Below, piece by piece: positions 1 to 11,392 of a stretch of DNA of 63,961 nt (the first letter of the stretch is position 1; each line of letters opens with the position of its first letter). The translations under genes and the position numbers were made by a program. Origin of the DNA: an uncultured Candidatus Saccharibacteria bacterium (GTDB taxonomy: Bacteria; Patescibacteriota; Saccharimonadia; Saccharimonadales; AWTP1-31); assembly GCA_964634445.1 (NCBI GenBank), contig CAZWJA010000005.1, forward strand, positions 1 to 63,961. The letters are read 5' to 3'. The notes under the pieces are model-generated. The model had not been told where the DNA came from and ran no database searches. It saw only the letters and a program-made list of their open reading frames with translations.

Positions 1-56
<56 letters not shown>

Positions 57-203
57 AAAAGTGTTTAATCTTGAATTTTCAAAACAAACCTAGATTTTTT
101 AAAAGAAATCTAGTAAAAACTGACGTTGATTTGCACAATTTAATTTTTAACGTTCGCTCTTTCTGGAGACAATTTAATAGAGTCCCAAAAAGATCTCAAA
201 TCA

Positions 204-231
204 TCTTATATGCTTAAACCGTCTGTGTCAA
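204..231 (-). promoter_or_regulatory. Candidate sigma70-type promoter for the rRNA operon
   Basis: On the minus strand, TTGACA (231..226), a 16-nt spacer, then TATAAG (209..204). It lies between the gyrA stop and the 16S 5' end. Confidence 0.4.
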
Positions 232-292
232 GATAGAACTGCACAATATAGGTGTAACAAATACATCACCTACATTAGCGGTTTGGTAAGCG

Positions 293-2899
293 TTAACTAG
301 CGTCTTTGGCTGGAACTTCAGCCGAAGTCTCGTCGGCAGCTTCTTCATCATCTGCCTTATCTACTAGTGCTAATGAAACAACCTGGTCATCATCCTTAAG
401 CCGCATGATGCGCACGCCCTGAGTGGCTCGACCTAGTTCAGGAATATCTTTTAATCCCAATCTAATAGTTTGTCCTTGTTGGGAGATAATAATTATCTCT
501 TGAGTGTCGTCACCGGTAAGCGTCTTTACTCCGATCAGATCACCCGTCTTTTTGTTTACAACTGCAGATCTGATTCCTACCCCGCCTCTTGCATGAGGTG
601 TAAACTGAGCGACCTTAGTCCGCTTACCGTAGCCTGACTTGCTAATAACAAAGATACTAGAGCCCTCTTGTACTACGTCCATACCAATGACTTGATCTCC
701 AGTGCGAAGCCGAATACCTCTTACACCCCTTGAAGCTCGTCCCATTGGCCGTACGTCCTTCTCGTGGAACCTGATTGCCTGGCCTAGAGCGGTTGAAATA
801 ACTATCTCATTTTCTCCGCTAGTCATTCTAATCCATTTAAGCTCGTCACCGTCATCCAGGTTAATAGTAATCAGTCCGCTCTGACGTACATTTTGATACT
901 GCTCAAATGGAGTTTTCTTGACGACTCCCTTAGCTGTGCACATAAACAAGTGTGCAGCATCGTGCGTCTTTGAAATATTAATGACGGAACTTACTTTTTC
1001 TTCAGGACCAAGCTGAAGCAGATTCACAATCGCGATTCCCTTAGCACTTAAGTTGGTTGCAGGAACCTCATAAGTCTTCAGCCGGAAGACTCTACCTTTA
1101 TTCGTGAAGAACAATAGGTAGTCATGTGTTGAAGCATTAACAACATGTTCAATAACATCTTCTTCCCTTGTAACCATGCCTCGCTTGCCTTTGCCACCAC
1201 GATTCTGCTTGCGGTAATCAGCAATTTGAGACCGCTTAATATAGTTGGCAGACGTAAGCGTTACAACGACTTGCTCGTCAGGAATTAAATCTTCGTCGGC
1301 CATTTTGCCAAGCTCGCCCCGAATAACTTTTGTACGACGCTCGTCGCCGTACTGTTCTTTTAGAGAATTTAATTCTTTCTTGATAATGGCTAGAATTTTC
1401 TTTTCGTCGGCTAAGATTCCCTCTAGTTTTTCAATTAGTTTTTTAAGTTCGGCTAATTCATTCTCGATCTTTTCTCGTTCTAAGCCTGTAAGAACTCTTA
1501 GCTGCATGGCTAGAATAGATTTAGCCTGGATCTCGCTAAGCTTAAAACGTTCAATTAAGTTCTTCTGAGCTTCTTCACTTGTCTGGCTAGCTCGGATTAC
1601 CTTAATAACTTCGTCGATATGATCTAGGGCTATCTTGTAGCCCTCTAGGATGTGTGCCCGTTCCTGTGCTTTACGTAGTTCAAATTCAGTCCTACGGCGT
1701 ACAACTACCTGACGATGTTTTATGTGTTCAGCAATAATATCCTTTAGTCCTAACACTCTAGGCTGAATACCATCGATCAGGGCCATCATATTAAAATGGA
1801 AACTTTGCTGTAAAGGAGTTAGTTTAAATAACTGGTTGATTAGCTTTTTAGGATAAGCATCTTTTTTTAGATCTAGTACGATTCGGACCTCGCCTCGAGC
1901 AGTTTCATCTCGAAGATCACTAATACCACTAATCTTCTTGTCGCGAACTAAATCAGCAATTTTCAGTACTAATGTTTCCTTATTGAGCGAATAAGGAATC
2001 TCAGTAATAACAATCTGATTTCGACCCTTCTTTCCTTCTACTACCTCAGCCACCCCTCTAGTGACAACTCCACCACGTCCAGTCGCATAAGCTGTCCGAA
2101 TCGATTCTTTGCCGTAGATTACGCCGCCGGTTGGGAAATCTGGGCCTTTAATAAATTGAAGTAGGTCATCAACTGTTGCGTCGGGATTATCGATCACATG
2201 TAGCTCGGCATCTACAAGTTCAGTTAGGTTATGTGGGGGTATATTTGTGGCCATTCCGACCGCAATTCCTAGTTGTCCGTTTAACAACAAATTCGGCAAT
2301 TTAGCAGGGAGAACGGTCGGTTCTTGCAGCCTAGAATCGTAGTTATCTCGGAAGTCTACAGTCTCTTTGTCGATGTCTTCCAAAATCTCGTCAGCCAGCC
2401 TCATCATTTTGGCTTCCGTATAACGCATTGCAGCTGGCGGATCCCCATCCATTGATCCAAAGTTACCTTGCCCGTTGATTAATTGGTAGCGCATAGCCCA
2501 TGGCTGAGCCATACGGACCATTGAGTCGTAAATAGAAGCATCGCCATGTGGGTGGTAATCACCCATTACGGCACCGACTACTGTTGCACTCTTACGATGC
2601 TTAGCGCCGCTTCTTAACCCGTCTCTATTCATCGTGAAAAGAATTCGACGATGAACTGGTTTAAGGCCGTCTCTGACATCAGGAAGCGCCCGATCAATAA
2701 TAACGCTCATCGAATATCGCAGATAGCTGTCTTCCATGACATTCTCTACAGTTCTTTGCTCTACGCTCCTAGAGTGACCAGTGTTGAGGATATCGTCCCG
2801 AAGTGCTACACCGCTTCGGCGCTCATCCATAGACAGTTCCTTAGCAGGTTCAATAATTGGTTCTTCGTTTTGTGGTGGTGTCTTTGGTTCTTCGTCCAT
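293..2899 (-). CDS. gyrA: DNA gyrase subunit A
   Basis: 868-aa ORF. N-terminal signature SYLRYSMSVIIDRALPDVRDGLKPVHRRILF, the AAMRYTEA active-site Tyr region and C-terminal beta-pinwheel repeats. It starts directly after the gyrB stop. Confidence 0.97.
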   Translation of the reverse strand: MDEEPKTPPQNEEPIIEPAKELSMDERRSGVALRDDILNTGHSRSVEQRTVENVMEDSYLRYSMSVIIDRALPDVRDGLKPVHRRILFTMNRDGLRSGAKHRKSATVVGAVMGDYHPHGDASIYDSMVRMAQPWAMRYQLINGQGNFGSMDGDPPAAMRYTEAKMMRLADEILEDIDKETVDFRDNYDSRLQEPTVLPAKLPNLLLNGQLGIAVGMATNIPPHNLTELVDAELHVIDNPDATVDDLLQFIKGPDFPTGGVIYGKESIRTAYATGRGGVVTRGVAEVVEGKKGRNQIVITEIPYSLNKETLVLKIADLVRDKKISGISDLRDETARGEVRIVLDLKKDAYPKKLINQLFKLTPLQQSFHFNMMALIDGIQPRVLGLKDIIAEHIKHRQVVVRRRTEFELRKAQERAHILEGYKIALDHIDEVIKVIRASQTSEEAQKNLIERFKLSEIQAKSILAMQLRVLTGLEREKIENELAELKKLIEKLEGILADEKKILAIIKKELNSLKEQYGDERRTKVIRGELGKMADEDLIPDEQVVVTLTSANYIKRSQIADYRKQNRGGKGKRGMVTREEDVIEHVVNASTHDYLLFFTNKGRVFRLKTYEVPATNLSAKGIAIVNLLQLGPEEKVSSVINISKTHDAAHLFMCTAKGVVKKTPFEQYQNVRQSGLITINLDDGDELKWIRMTSGENEIVISTALGQAIRFHEKDVRPMGRASRGVRGIRLRTGDQVIGMDVVQEGSSIFVISKSGYGKRTKVAQFTPHARGGVGIRSAVVNKKTGDLIGVKTLTGDDTQEIIIISQQGQTIRLGLKDIPELGRATQGVRIMRLKDDDQVVSLALVDKADDEEAADETSAEVPAKDAS

Positions 2900-4867
<1,968 letters not shown>

Positions 4868-5030
4868 TTAATACACCCTCTTTAAGACCTTCTAGTCAAT
4901 TAGTTAGTCACTCTTAGTTTTCCACACTTATCCACTATTATAGATGAAAAGCCTATTATAGACAAGTTAATACTTGTTTGAACACATACTTATATGGTTC
5001 AATAATCATAACCAATATAGAAAGTAAAAA

Positions 5031-6962
5031 ATGTTTAACAAATTACTATCAAATCTTCCCTTTAACCCGAGTCTAATTGATCAGGTTTCTTTTTATAGCA
5101 AGAGGCTCCGCAAAGAAGCCGGTATCCGCCGGATGGGCTTTTTGTTTATGGCACTCGCCTTCGCTTTCCAAATTTTTGCTGTCTCCGCTCCTACTGAGGC
5201 GAGCACTCAAGGTAGTAGTAACGATGTTATCTATGGTGGTTTTGATACTAAAGAACAAGCATACGAAAAATGTATCAATAATACCCGGGGTTTTGGAGCA
5301 ATCTTTCTGCACTATGGAATGTCTTGTGAAAAAATCAGGAGCGCAGGAACTCAGACAATAAATACATCAACCCAAGGAGATAAACTGTTCTCAATGGGTC
5401 GGATTGCCCAAAACAAGCGCGGTGAGTATGCTGTAAAAATAGAAGGTGCTGGTACATTTTATCTAAGGCACTTGTCTTCCTGGGGTAATTTTAATACCAA
5501 AGTTCTAGTTATGCAGACTTCGGATAATAAACCATTCTATGTCATGTATGACTGCGGAAACATCGTAATCGAAGGCGGCTACACTCCTCCAGCTCAGCCA
5601 GCACCACCTTCAAAACTCAAATTAGCTAAAGTTAATGAACCGACTGGTGCCGTAAAACCTGGCGACTATATTAATTACGTACTGGCTTTTAGTAATACTG
5701 GTGGTAATTCAGCGTTTTTCGCCGTACACGACCAACTGCCGGATCAAGTAGACTTTGTCAGTTCCGAACAAGGCAATTGGGCCGTGAATCGTAATGGAAA
5801 CAAGTTGGATTGGAACAACAACTCTAAAGAAACTTTGTACAGTTTCGGTAACACCGACGCTTACGGAACGCCTGGTTTTATCAAGTTAAGAGTTAAAGTA
5901 AAATCAGACGTAAAATCGGGTACGGTTCTGTGTAACAAAGGTTGGCTGATCGACGTAAATATCACCACCAAACAACCTCAAAGATGGAGTGATGTCAGTG
6001 TCTGCAATACAGTCGTCTATGAATGCCCTAATGGCCAGATCCCTAATAGTAACGGCGATTGCGAAACACCAACAGTTCCTGATGCCGCTTGCCTGTACCT
6101 GAAGCCGACAGCTATTAACCGGACTAAATACAAGTTCGAAGCCGAATCAAGCCTGGTAAACGGTGCTACGGTTTCTGCCTATACATACAGCTTTGGAGAT
6201 GGCAGTAACTCAGCTCAACATAAGTCAACCAGTACTAAAGATTCAATCGAACATGAATTTTCAAAGCCAGGTACATATAAGGTTACTGTCGTCGTAGCGA
6301 CTTCGGTCGCCGATAAAACAGCCCTTACCTGCCAAACTCAGGTAACTGTCGACAAGGAATTAACACCAATGGTAGTTCCTAGCAAGAAAGCAGCCAATCT
6401 GACCAAGAAGATAGATGATGCCAACAATACTACCGCAAGTGCTGGTGACGTAATCGAATACAGCCTGACTGTTAAGAACTTCGGTGACGGTACCGCAGAA
6501 GACTACGTAATGCAACCTGAAGATCTAAGCGATGTTCTGGAATATGCCGATATAGATCTAAATTCCCTCAACGGCGGTGTATTTGAACAAGACAACCACC
6601 GAATTACTTGGCTGAAACCTATTAATATCAAAGCCGGTGAATCAGTTACTAAGAAGTTTAAGGTCACTGTCAAAAACCCTATCCCAAGTACGCTCAGACC
6701 TAATAACGCACCTGGCAACTCATTCGATATGGTCATGTATAACAAATACGGTAACGATATTCAGATTAAGCTCCCGCCTACTATCCTTAAGACTGCCGAA
6801 ACTACTTCAACCAGCCTCCCAAATACCGGTCCTGGCGAGTCCCTAGCTATCGGAGGACTAATTACGACAATAATTGGATACTTCTTTGCTCGCTCTCGAT
6901 TGCTGGCAAAAGAATTGGATATTGTTAGAAACGAATACGCTACAACTAACGGAGGAATGTAA
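5031..6962 (+). CDS. LPXTG-anchored surface protein with DUF11-like repeats and a PKD-like domain
   Basis: 643 aa with an N-terminal TM/signal segment. Repeats of the type GDYINYVLAFSNTGG and AGDVIEYSLTVKNFGDG. PKD-like YSFGDGSNS...FSKPGTYKVTVVV. C-terminal LPNTG followed by a hydrophobic helix and ARSR (sortase sorting signal). Confidence 0.8.
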   Translation: MFNKLLSNLPFNPSLIDQVSFYSKRLRKEAGIRRMGFLFMALAFAFQIFAVSAPTEASTQGSSNDVIYGGFDTKEQAYEKCINNTRGFGAIFLHYGMSCEKIRSAGTQTINTSTQGDKLFSMGRIAQNKRGEYAVKIEGAGTFYLRHLSSWGNFNTKVLVMQTSDNKPFYVMYDCGNIVIEGGYTPPAQPAPPSKLKLAKVNEPTGAVKPGDYINYVLAFSNTGGNSAFFAVHDQLPDQVDFVSSEQGNWAVNRNGNKLDWNNNSKETLYSFGNTDAYGTPGFIKLRVKVKSDVKSGTVLCNKGWLIDVNITTKQPQRWSDVSVCNTVVYECPNGQIPNSNGDCETPTVPDAACLYLKPTAINRTKYKFEAESSLVNGATVSAYTYSFGDGSNSAQHKSTSTKDSIEHEFSKPGTYKVTVVVATSVADKTALTCQTQVTVDKELTPMVVPSKKAANLTKKIDDANNTTASAGDVIEYSLTVKNFGDGTAEDYVMQPEDLSDVLEYADIDLNSLNGGVFEQDNHRITWLKPINIKAGESVTKKFKVTVKNPIPSTLRPNNAPGNSFDMVMYNKYGNDIQIKLPPTILKTAETTSTSLPNTGPGESLAIGGLITTIIGYFFARSRLLAKELDIVRNEYATTNGGM

Positions 6963-7531
6963 TGAGTGAACAAGCCCCACGAATGCCTGAGATAGAACCA
7001 GATTCACCAGAGATTAGCCAAAGCGAGCTCGGCCGAGAATCTGTTAATGAAAAGCATGAGACGAGTCCTGAACGCTCACCTGAAAAGAATCAGGAAAATC
7101 TAGAACACATTAGGCATAAGGTAGAAAACCTATCACGTAGTAAAAGCGAAGCTAAAACTGATAAGCCTAAACAGTCTCACGCTCCCCAATTTGCTGTTAA
7201 CAAGCAGTTGAAAAAGGAAACACTAACGAAAACCATTCGTCGCATTCAGAGTAAATTGCCTCCAACTCAGCGAGCATTGAGCAAGGTAGTACATAACAGA
7301 GCTGTCGATAAAGTAAGCACAGCCGGTGAAAAAACAATTGCCAGACCAATTGGTATATTGGGTGGTGGCGCGCTTGCCCTTTTGGGAAGCATTTTATCGA
7401 CCTGGTTAGCTAAACAGTTCGGCCTGCCCTATAACTGGCTGGCTTTCATCGTATTGTTCGCTATCGGCTATCTCTTAGCTACGACTCTTGAAATGATCTA
7501 TAAGCTGTTAAAACCATCCAAGTCTAGATAG
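6962..7531 (+). CDS. Hypothetical membrane protein with a charged N-terminus and two C-terminal TM helices
   Basis: 189-aa ORF. Its ATG overlaps the stop of the LPXTG gene (TAATG), suggesting translational coupling. The C-terminus is hydrophobic: GGGALALLGSILSTWL...FIVLFAIGYLLATTL. Confidence 0.55.
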   Translation: MSEQAPRMPEIEPDSPEISQSELGRESVNEKHETSPERSPEKNQENLEHIRHKVENLSRSKSEAKTDKPKQSHAPQFAVNKQLKKETLTKTIRRIQSKLPPTQRALSKVVHNRAVDKVSTAGEKTIARPIGILGGGALALLGSILSTWLAKQFGLPYNWLAFIVLFAIGYLLATTLEMIYKLLKPSKSR

Positions 7532-7571
7532 TTTAAGACTTTAAATAGTTGTTCTAGGCCTAATTCTAATC

Positions 7572-10553
7572 CTAATCCTGATTCCTATTATTCAGGATTA
7601 AAGTATCTTGAGTCTGGTCTTTATTTGTATCTATTTCACCTTGATCTAGTGGCTGTTCGCTAGTCTGACCGACTGGATTAACCGGATATGGATTATTCAC
7701 CTGCTGAGCTAGCTGGGCAGCTTGTGGAGCTTGGCTAAATGGCTGCTGCTGAGTTATAGCTGGCGGCATAAAGTTCTGCTGAGAGACTGGAGTTTGCGAC
7801 TGGTTAATATTACTTAGACTCGGATTGGCTGACTGCTGTACGGTCGGTTCATTTGGATAAGGTGAAAATTGCGGCTGTTGAACTGGAGCAGATGCCTGCG
7901 TTGGCGACATAGGACTGATGGGCTGCTGAGCAGCAGTTGACGGCGGCCTATATGAGGCACCTGGAGCCTGCTGGGGAGTCGCACTTCGCTTAGCAAGCCA
8001 TTCATCCAAAAACGATCCTGTACCAGGCACAGCGGGCTTCTGAGCGGGCTGTCCAAATGCTGGTCTAGCTTGCCCAGGAGCCGATGGTGCTCCAAACTTC
8101 GGAGCCGCTGGCGCAGTTGCCAATCTAGCAAAGATTTCCTTTTCAACTTCTAGCTTAGGCCGTCCATACTTTGCGGCTGAAAGCTGTTTAAGTGCTGACC
8201 CTAGATTTAGATTCGGTGTACCCAACGGTGGCAAACCTGCCATGCTGAAAGGCTGGGTCGGTACACCGCCAATTAAGGATCTGACCACCGCATTCCAGTT
8301 TGGTATTCTCAACAGGTCGTCGCCGTCGAACAACGGTTGGAAGTAGCGCGTCATGGCTTCGACGTCGTTCTGTCCAATTCGGAAAGATACGATCGTACCC
8401 ATGTTACCAAAGACAGCGTCTCTAATTTCTTCGGACAGCTGAGTCGTAAACTGGTTGGCTACGATCAGGTTAAGATGGTATTTCCTAGCTTCTGACATGA
8501 TTGTAGCGAAGGAATCGGTTGAGAAGTTCTGGAACTCATCAACATACAAGCAGAAGTCTTCACGTTCATTTTCAGGAACGTTGGCGCGGCTCATAGCGGC
8601 GGCCTGGAATTTCATAACGAAGATCATACCCATAAGTCGGGAGTTAAGATCGCCTGTTTTACCCTTGCTCAGGTTAACCAGCAAGATTTTTTTGTTGTCC
8701 ATTATTTCCCTAAGGTCGAAAGAGCTCTTAACTTGTCCGATAATATTGCGCATCATCTCATTAGATAGGAATGCGCCGAACTTGCTAACAACCCAGGAAG
8801 TTACTTCACCAGATTCATTTGACCTCTGTGATGCTGGCCACTCCTTAGTCCAAAAATCTATAACATTCTGATCAGTTACGTGTTTCAGTTTTGATTTCAT
8901 GTAGTCTGGGTCGATTAGTACTTTTGGTATGTCAACGAACGTTCCACCTTGAGGATCAGCCATTAGCAGTAAGGCACAGTTTCTGAAGATGTGCTCAAAT
9001 CGAGCACCGATCATACCCTGGCGGTTAGGATCATACAGTTTATACAAAATATTAATCGCCTCTTGAATCAGAAAGTCTTTTTGGGTATCGCTAGTAAATT
9101 CAAATAAGTTTAATCCCATTGGATAGTCCATATCGGCTGGACAAAAGTAAATTACATCCTCGGTTCGCTCTTTCGGTACCATTGAAAGTAATTTTTCGGC
9201 AGTATCCCCGTGCGGATCGACAAATGCGAATCCATCGCCATTCATCATATCTTGTACTGCTAAGTTTTCAAGGAATGTGGATTTACCCGTACCAGTTTGT
9301 CCGACTACATACATATGCCTTTGCCTGTCTTGAAGCATCAGCCGGATAGGTTTCTTGCTGCCTCTGAAAATATTGTAGCCAAGCAACAAACCATCCTCTG
9401 GTATATTCCTAGGGGCGTCAACCTGTTTCGAAGCCTGGCGTTCAAGTTGAGAGGTAGGTATATTCTTTTGATCTGGGAAATGGAATAAAGTTGCCAGTTC
9501 GACAGCATTTAAGATGTTCTGGTTATTTTCAGGTGGAAAGAATCTAAGGATAAACCCAGTTATAAAGCTTTCCATATCTTTAGCTACGGTATACTTAAAT
9601 CCGTTCTTGCCTGGTGCATCATATAGAGAGAAAGCTGCGACGATATTTCTTTGAATGGCTTGTGCCCGTTGGGAGATATTAGATGACGCGACAACTCTAA
9701 TCATCACCTCATAGCCAGGATACCTGGTCTTGTCGTCTATAGAATCAAGGATCTGCTGGTCTAGAGCCGAAAGCTCCTTCTTATCTTCGCCCGGCTTCTT
9801 TTCTTCCGGGGGCTTTACAAGCCCGACGGCAATCTGTTTTACAAACCAAAATAGTCCGTCGAAACCTTTTTTACTTTTTTCTCCCTTTCGTTTCTTGTTG
9901 GCTACTTCTTGAGCGCCTTTACGCCATGACGGATTTGCCGGCCTCATTAGAATCTGGATAGCTGCACCATCCTCTTTATCTAAGGTAGACATGGCGTTTA
10001 GGATCGACTGCATGGCGTCACGTTTTATTTCTTGATATGTAGCAATCGGATACCCAAAGTTTTCCTTTAGAGACAGTTCTCCGCCGATTGTTCCTGCTAA
10101 GCGACCAATCGGGCTGAAGACGTTATGTTCGGCTACTTCTTCCATTTGGGCAGTTGGGTATGCGCTGTTAACAGCCTGTTTGACGACATCTACTAATGCA
10201 ACCGGTACGGCAGCGTAATAATTTACTACTCCGTTGCTACCAATTATTTCAAATCCGAAATGTCTTTGCCCGTAAAAGCTGCTTTTAAAGCCTTTAGTTA
10301 TGGTACTCGCAATAATGCTATATAAGACTTGGGCTTTGGAAATGTTTTCCTCTACGACGTCACGATTATCTCGACCATTACCCTGTATATCTTCACTTGA
10401 CGGCGGTAAATGTATAAGTAGCGGAACCATCTTAAGCCCGCGTTCGTAATTCTTCTGTTGCCTCAGAATCTTACGAGTGTAAATATAAATTACACTTCCG
10501 CCCACAACTAAAAGTCCAAGAAGGAACAAAAGTAAAATAGCTGTTCCCGACAT
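7572..10553 (-). CDS. TraD/VirD4/FtsK-HerA-like coupling-type ATPase with N-terminal TM anchor and a Pro/Gln-rich C-terminal tail
   Basis: 993 aa. N-terminal TM ILLLFLLGLLVVGGSVIYIY, Walker A VVGQTGTGKST, Walker B-like CLYVDEFQNF. The last ~190 residues are low-complexity P/Q/A/S. Confidence 0.7.
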   Translation of the reverse strand: MSGTAILLLFLLGLLVVGGSVIYIYTRKILRQQKNYERGLKMVPLLIHLPPSSEDIQGNGRDNRDVVEENISKAQVLYSIIASTITKGFKSSFYGQRHFGFEIIGSNGVVNYYAAVPVALVDVVKQAVNSAYPTAQMEEVAEHNVFSPIGRLAGTIGGELSLKENFGYPIATYQEIKRDAMQSILNAMSTLDKEDGAAIQILMRPANPSWRKGAQEVANKKRKGEKSKKGFDGLFWFVKQIAVGLVKPPEEKKPGEDKKELSALDQQILDSIDDKTRYPGYEVMIRVVASSNISQRAQAIQRNIVAAFSLYDAPGKNGFKYTVAKDMESFITGFILRFFPPENNQNILNAVELATLFHFPDQKNIPTSQLERQASKQVDAPRNIPEDGLLLGYNIFRGSKKPIRLMLQDRQRHMYVVGQTGTGKSTFLENLAVQDMMNGDGFAFVDPHGDTAEKLLSMVPKERTEDVIYFCPADMDYPMGLNLFEFTSDTQKDFLIQEAINILYKLYDPNRQGMIGARFEHIFRNCALLLMADPQGGTFVDIPKVLIDPDYMKSKLKHVTDQNVIDFWTKEWPASQRSNESGEVTSWVVSKFGAFLSNEMMRNIIGQVKSSFDLREIMDNKKILLVNLSKGKTGDLNSRLMGMIFVMKFQAAAMSRANVPENEREDFCLYVDEFQNFSTDSFATIMSEARKYHLNLIVANQFTTQLSEEIRDAVFGNMGTIVSFRIGQNDVEAMTRYFQPLFDGDDLLRIPNWNAVVRSLIGGVPTQPFSMAGLPPLGTPNLNLGSALKQLSAAKYGRPKLEVEKEIFARLATAPAAPKFGAPSAPGQARPAFGQPAQKPAVPGTGSFLDEWLAKRSATPQQAPGASYRPPSTAAQQPISPMSPTQASAPVQQPQFSPYPNEPTVQQSANPSLSNINQSQTPVSQQNFMPPAITQQQPFSQAPQAAQLAQQVNNPYPVNPVGQTSEQPLDQGEIDTNKDQTQDTLILNNRNQD

Positions 10554-10554
10554 A

Positions 10555-10968
10555 TTATGATTCGCTTACTTTTAAGTCTTTATTATAGCGTTTCTTAAGG
10601 TAGTCAGCTTTAAACTTAGTCATCTCACGGCTCTGCTCATTTGGATTATCTTTAGTCCGATTAACTATTTCTTTAGCCTTAATAACCCATTCTTTTTCAA
10701 TCAGATCGGCATCATCGGCTATTTGCGGTGAATCCTGGCTTAGACTAGTGGTCGGGCCTGAATTGTTAGCACTGCCCATCATAGTAAGTGCCGGTGGTAT
10801 ACCACCTAAAGGAGTTGGTACTGTAGCAGATGGATTTGGCGTATTTTGCGACATACTATTTACGCTTTCATCCTGAGACGATGGCATGACCGAAGAATAA
10901 TCCTGACTGTCGTTTGAAACCGGACTTGGAAGATCGTCACTGCCATTATCGTTTATGCTTGGATTCAT
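10555..10968 (-). CDS. Hypothetical protein with S/P/N-rich N-terminus and a charged helical C-terminus
   Basis: 137-aa ORF ending 1 nt before the start of the ATPase gene, so same operon. No recognisable motif. Confidence 0.5.
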   Translation of the reverse strand: MNPSINDNGSDDLPSPVSNDSQDYSSVMPSSQDESVNSMSQNTPNPSATVPTPLGGIPPALTMMGSANNSGPTTSLSQDSPQIADDADLIEKEWVIKAKEIVNRTKDNPNEQSREMTKFKADYLKKRYNKDLKVSES

Positions 10969-11020
10969 CTAGTACAGTATAACAGATATAGAAATCATTT
11001 TACTACACCTATTTAAGCAC

Positions 11021-11392
11021 CTATTCAGATTGAATATTAAATCTGAGTTTCTTAGCATAGAAACTGGCGACGACTAGAAATATTGTTGTTAGCAATATAT
11101 CTCGGCCGTTTAGCTGATTTACTGATCTAAGTAATAACGCGATTGAAATAACACCCGACCCCACCAAAGAGTAGATAATATCTTTTCTAGAAACTTTATT
11201 TAGATCTATATTCGACCAGTTAAGCCCTAGATAGAAACTTAAACTAAGAATTACGAATAACCAAGCGACCGGAGCTATTAATAATATTACGGGAAGACTT
11301 TTAGGGTCTGTTTTCATAAAAAAGGCTAAAAGAATCACAAACATTACTAATATAAGTTCTATGATCCTTTTACGGTGATGAGTTGCTGTCAT
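11021..11392 (-). CDS. Hypothetical integral membrane protein (about 4 TM)
   Basis: 123-aa ORF, strongly hydrophobic, first gene of the minus-strand operon leading to the ATPase. Confidence 0.5.
   Translation of the reverse strand: MTATHHRKRIIELILVMFVILLAFFMKTDPKSLPVILLIAPVAWLFVILSLSFYLGLNWSNIDLNKVSRKDIIYSLVGSGVISIALLLRSVNQLNGRDILLTTIFLVVASFYAKKLRFNIQSE

Noticed and set aside
4918-4937. Two adjacent DnaA-box-like 9-mers (TTTTCCACA, TTATCCACT) upstream of gyrB, with a similar CTTATCCACTA at 22024-22034 upstream of nrdR. Together these might suggest oriC.
   Set aside because: There are only two or three one-mismatch boxes, with no box cluster, no adjacent dnaA/dnaN and no AT-rich unwinding element next to them. 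That is insufficient for an origin call. They may be simple regulatory DnaA sites or chance matches.
7814-8146. 110-aa ORF overlapping the P/Q-rich tail of the ATPase on the same strand
   Set aside because: It is an alternative frame of a low-complexity repeat region with no independent start signals. The long ATPase frame is continuous through it.
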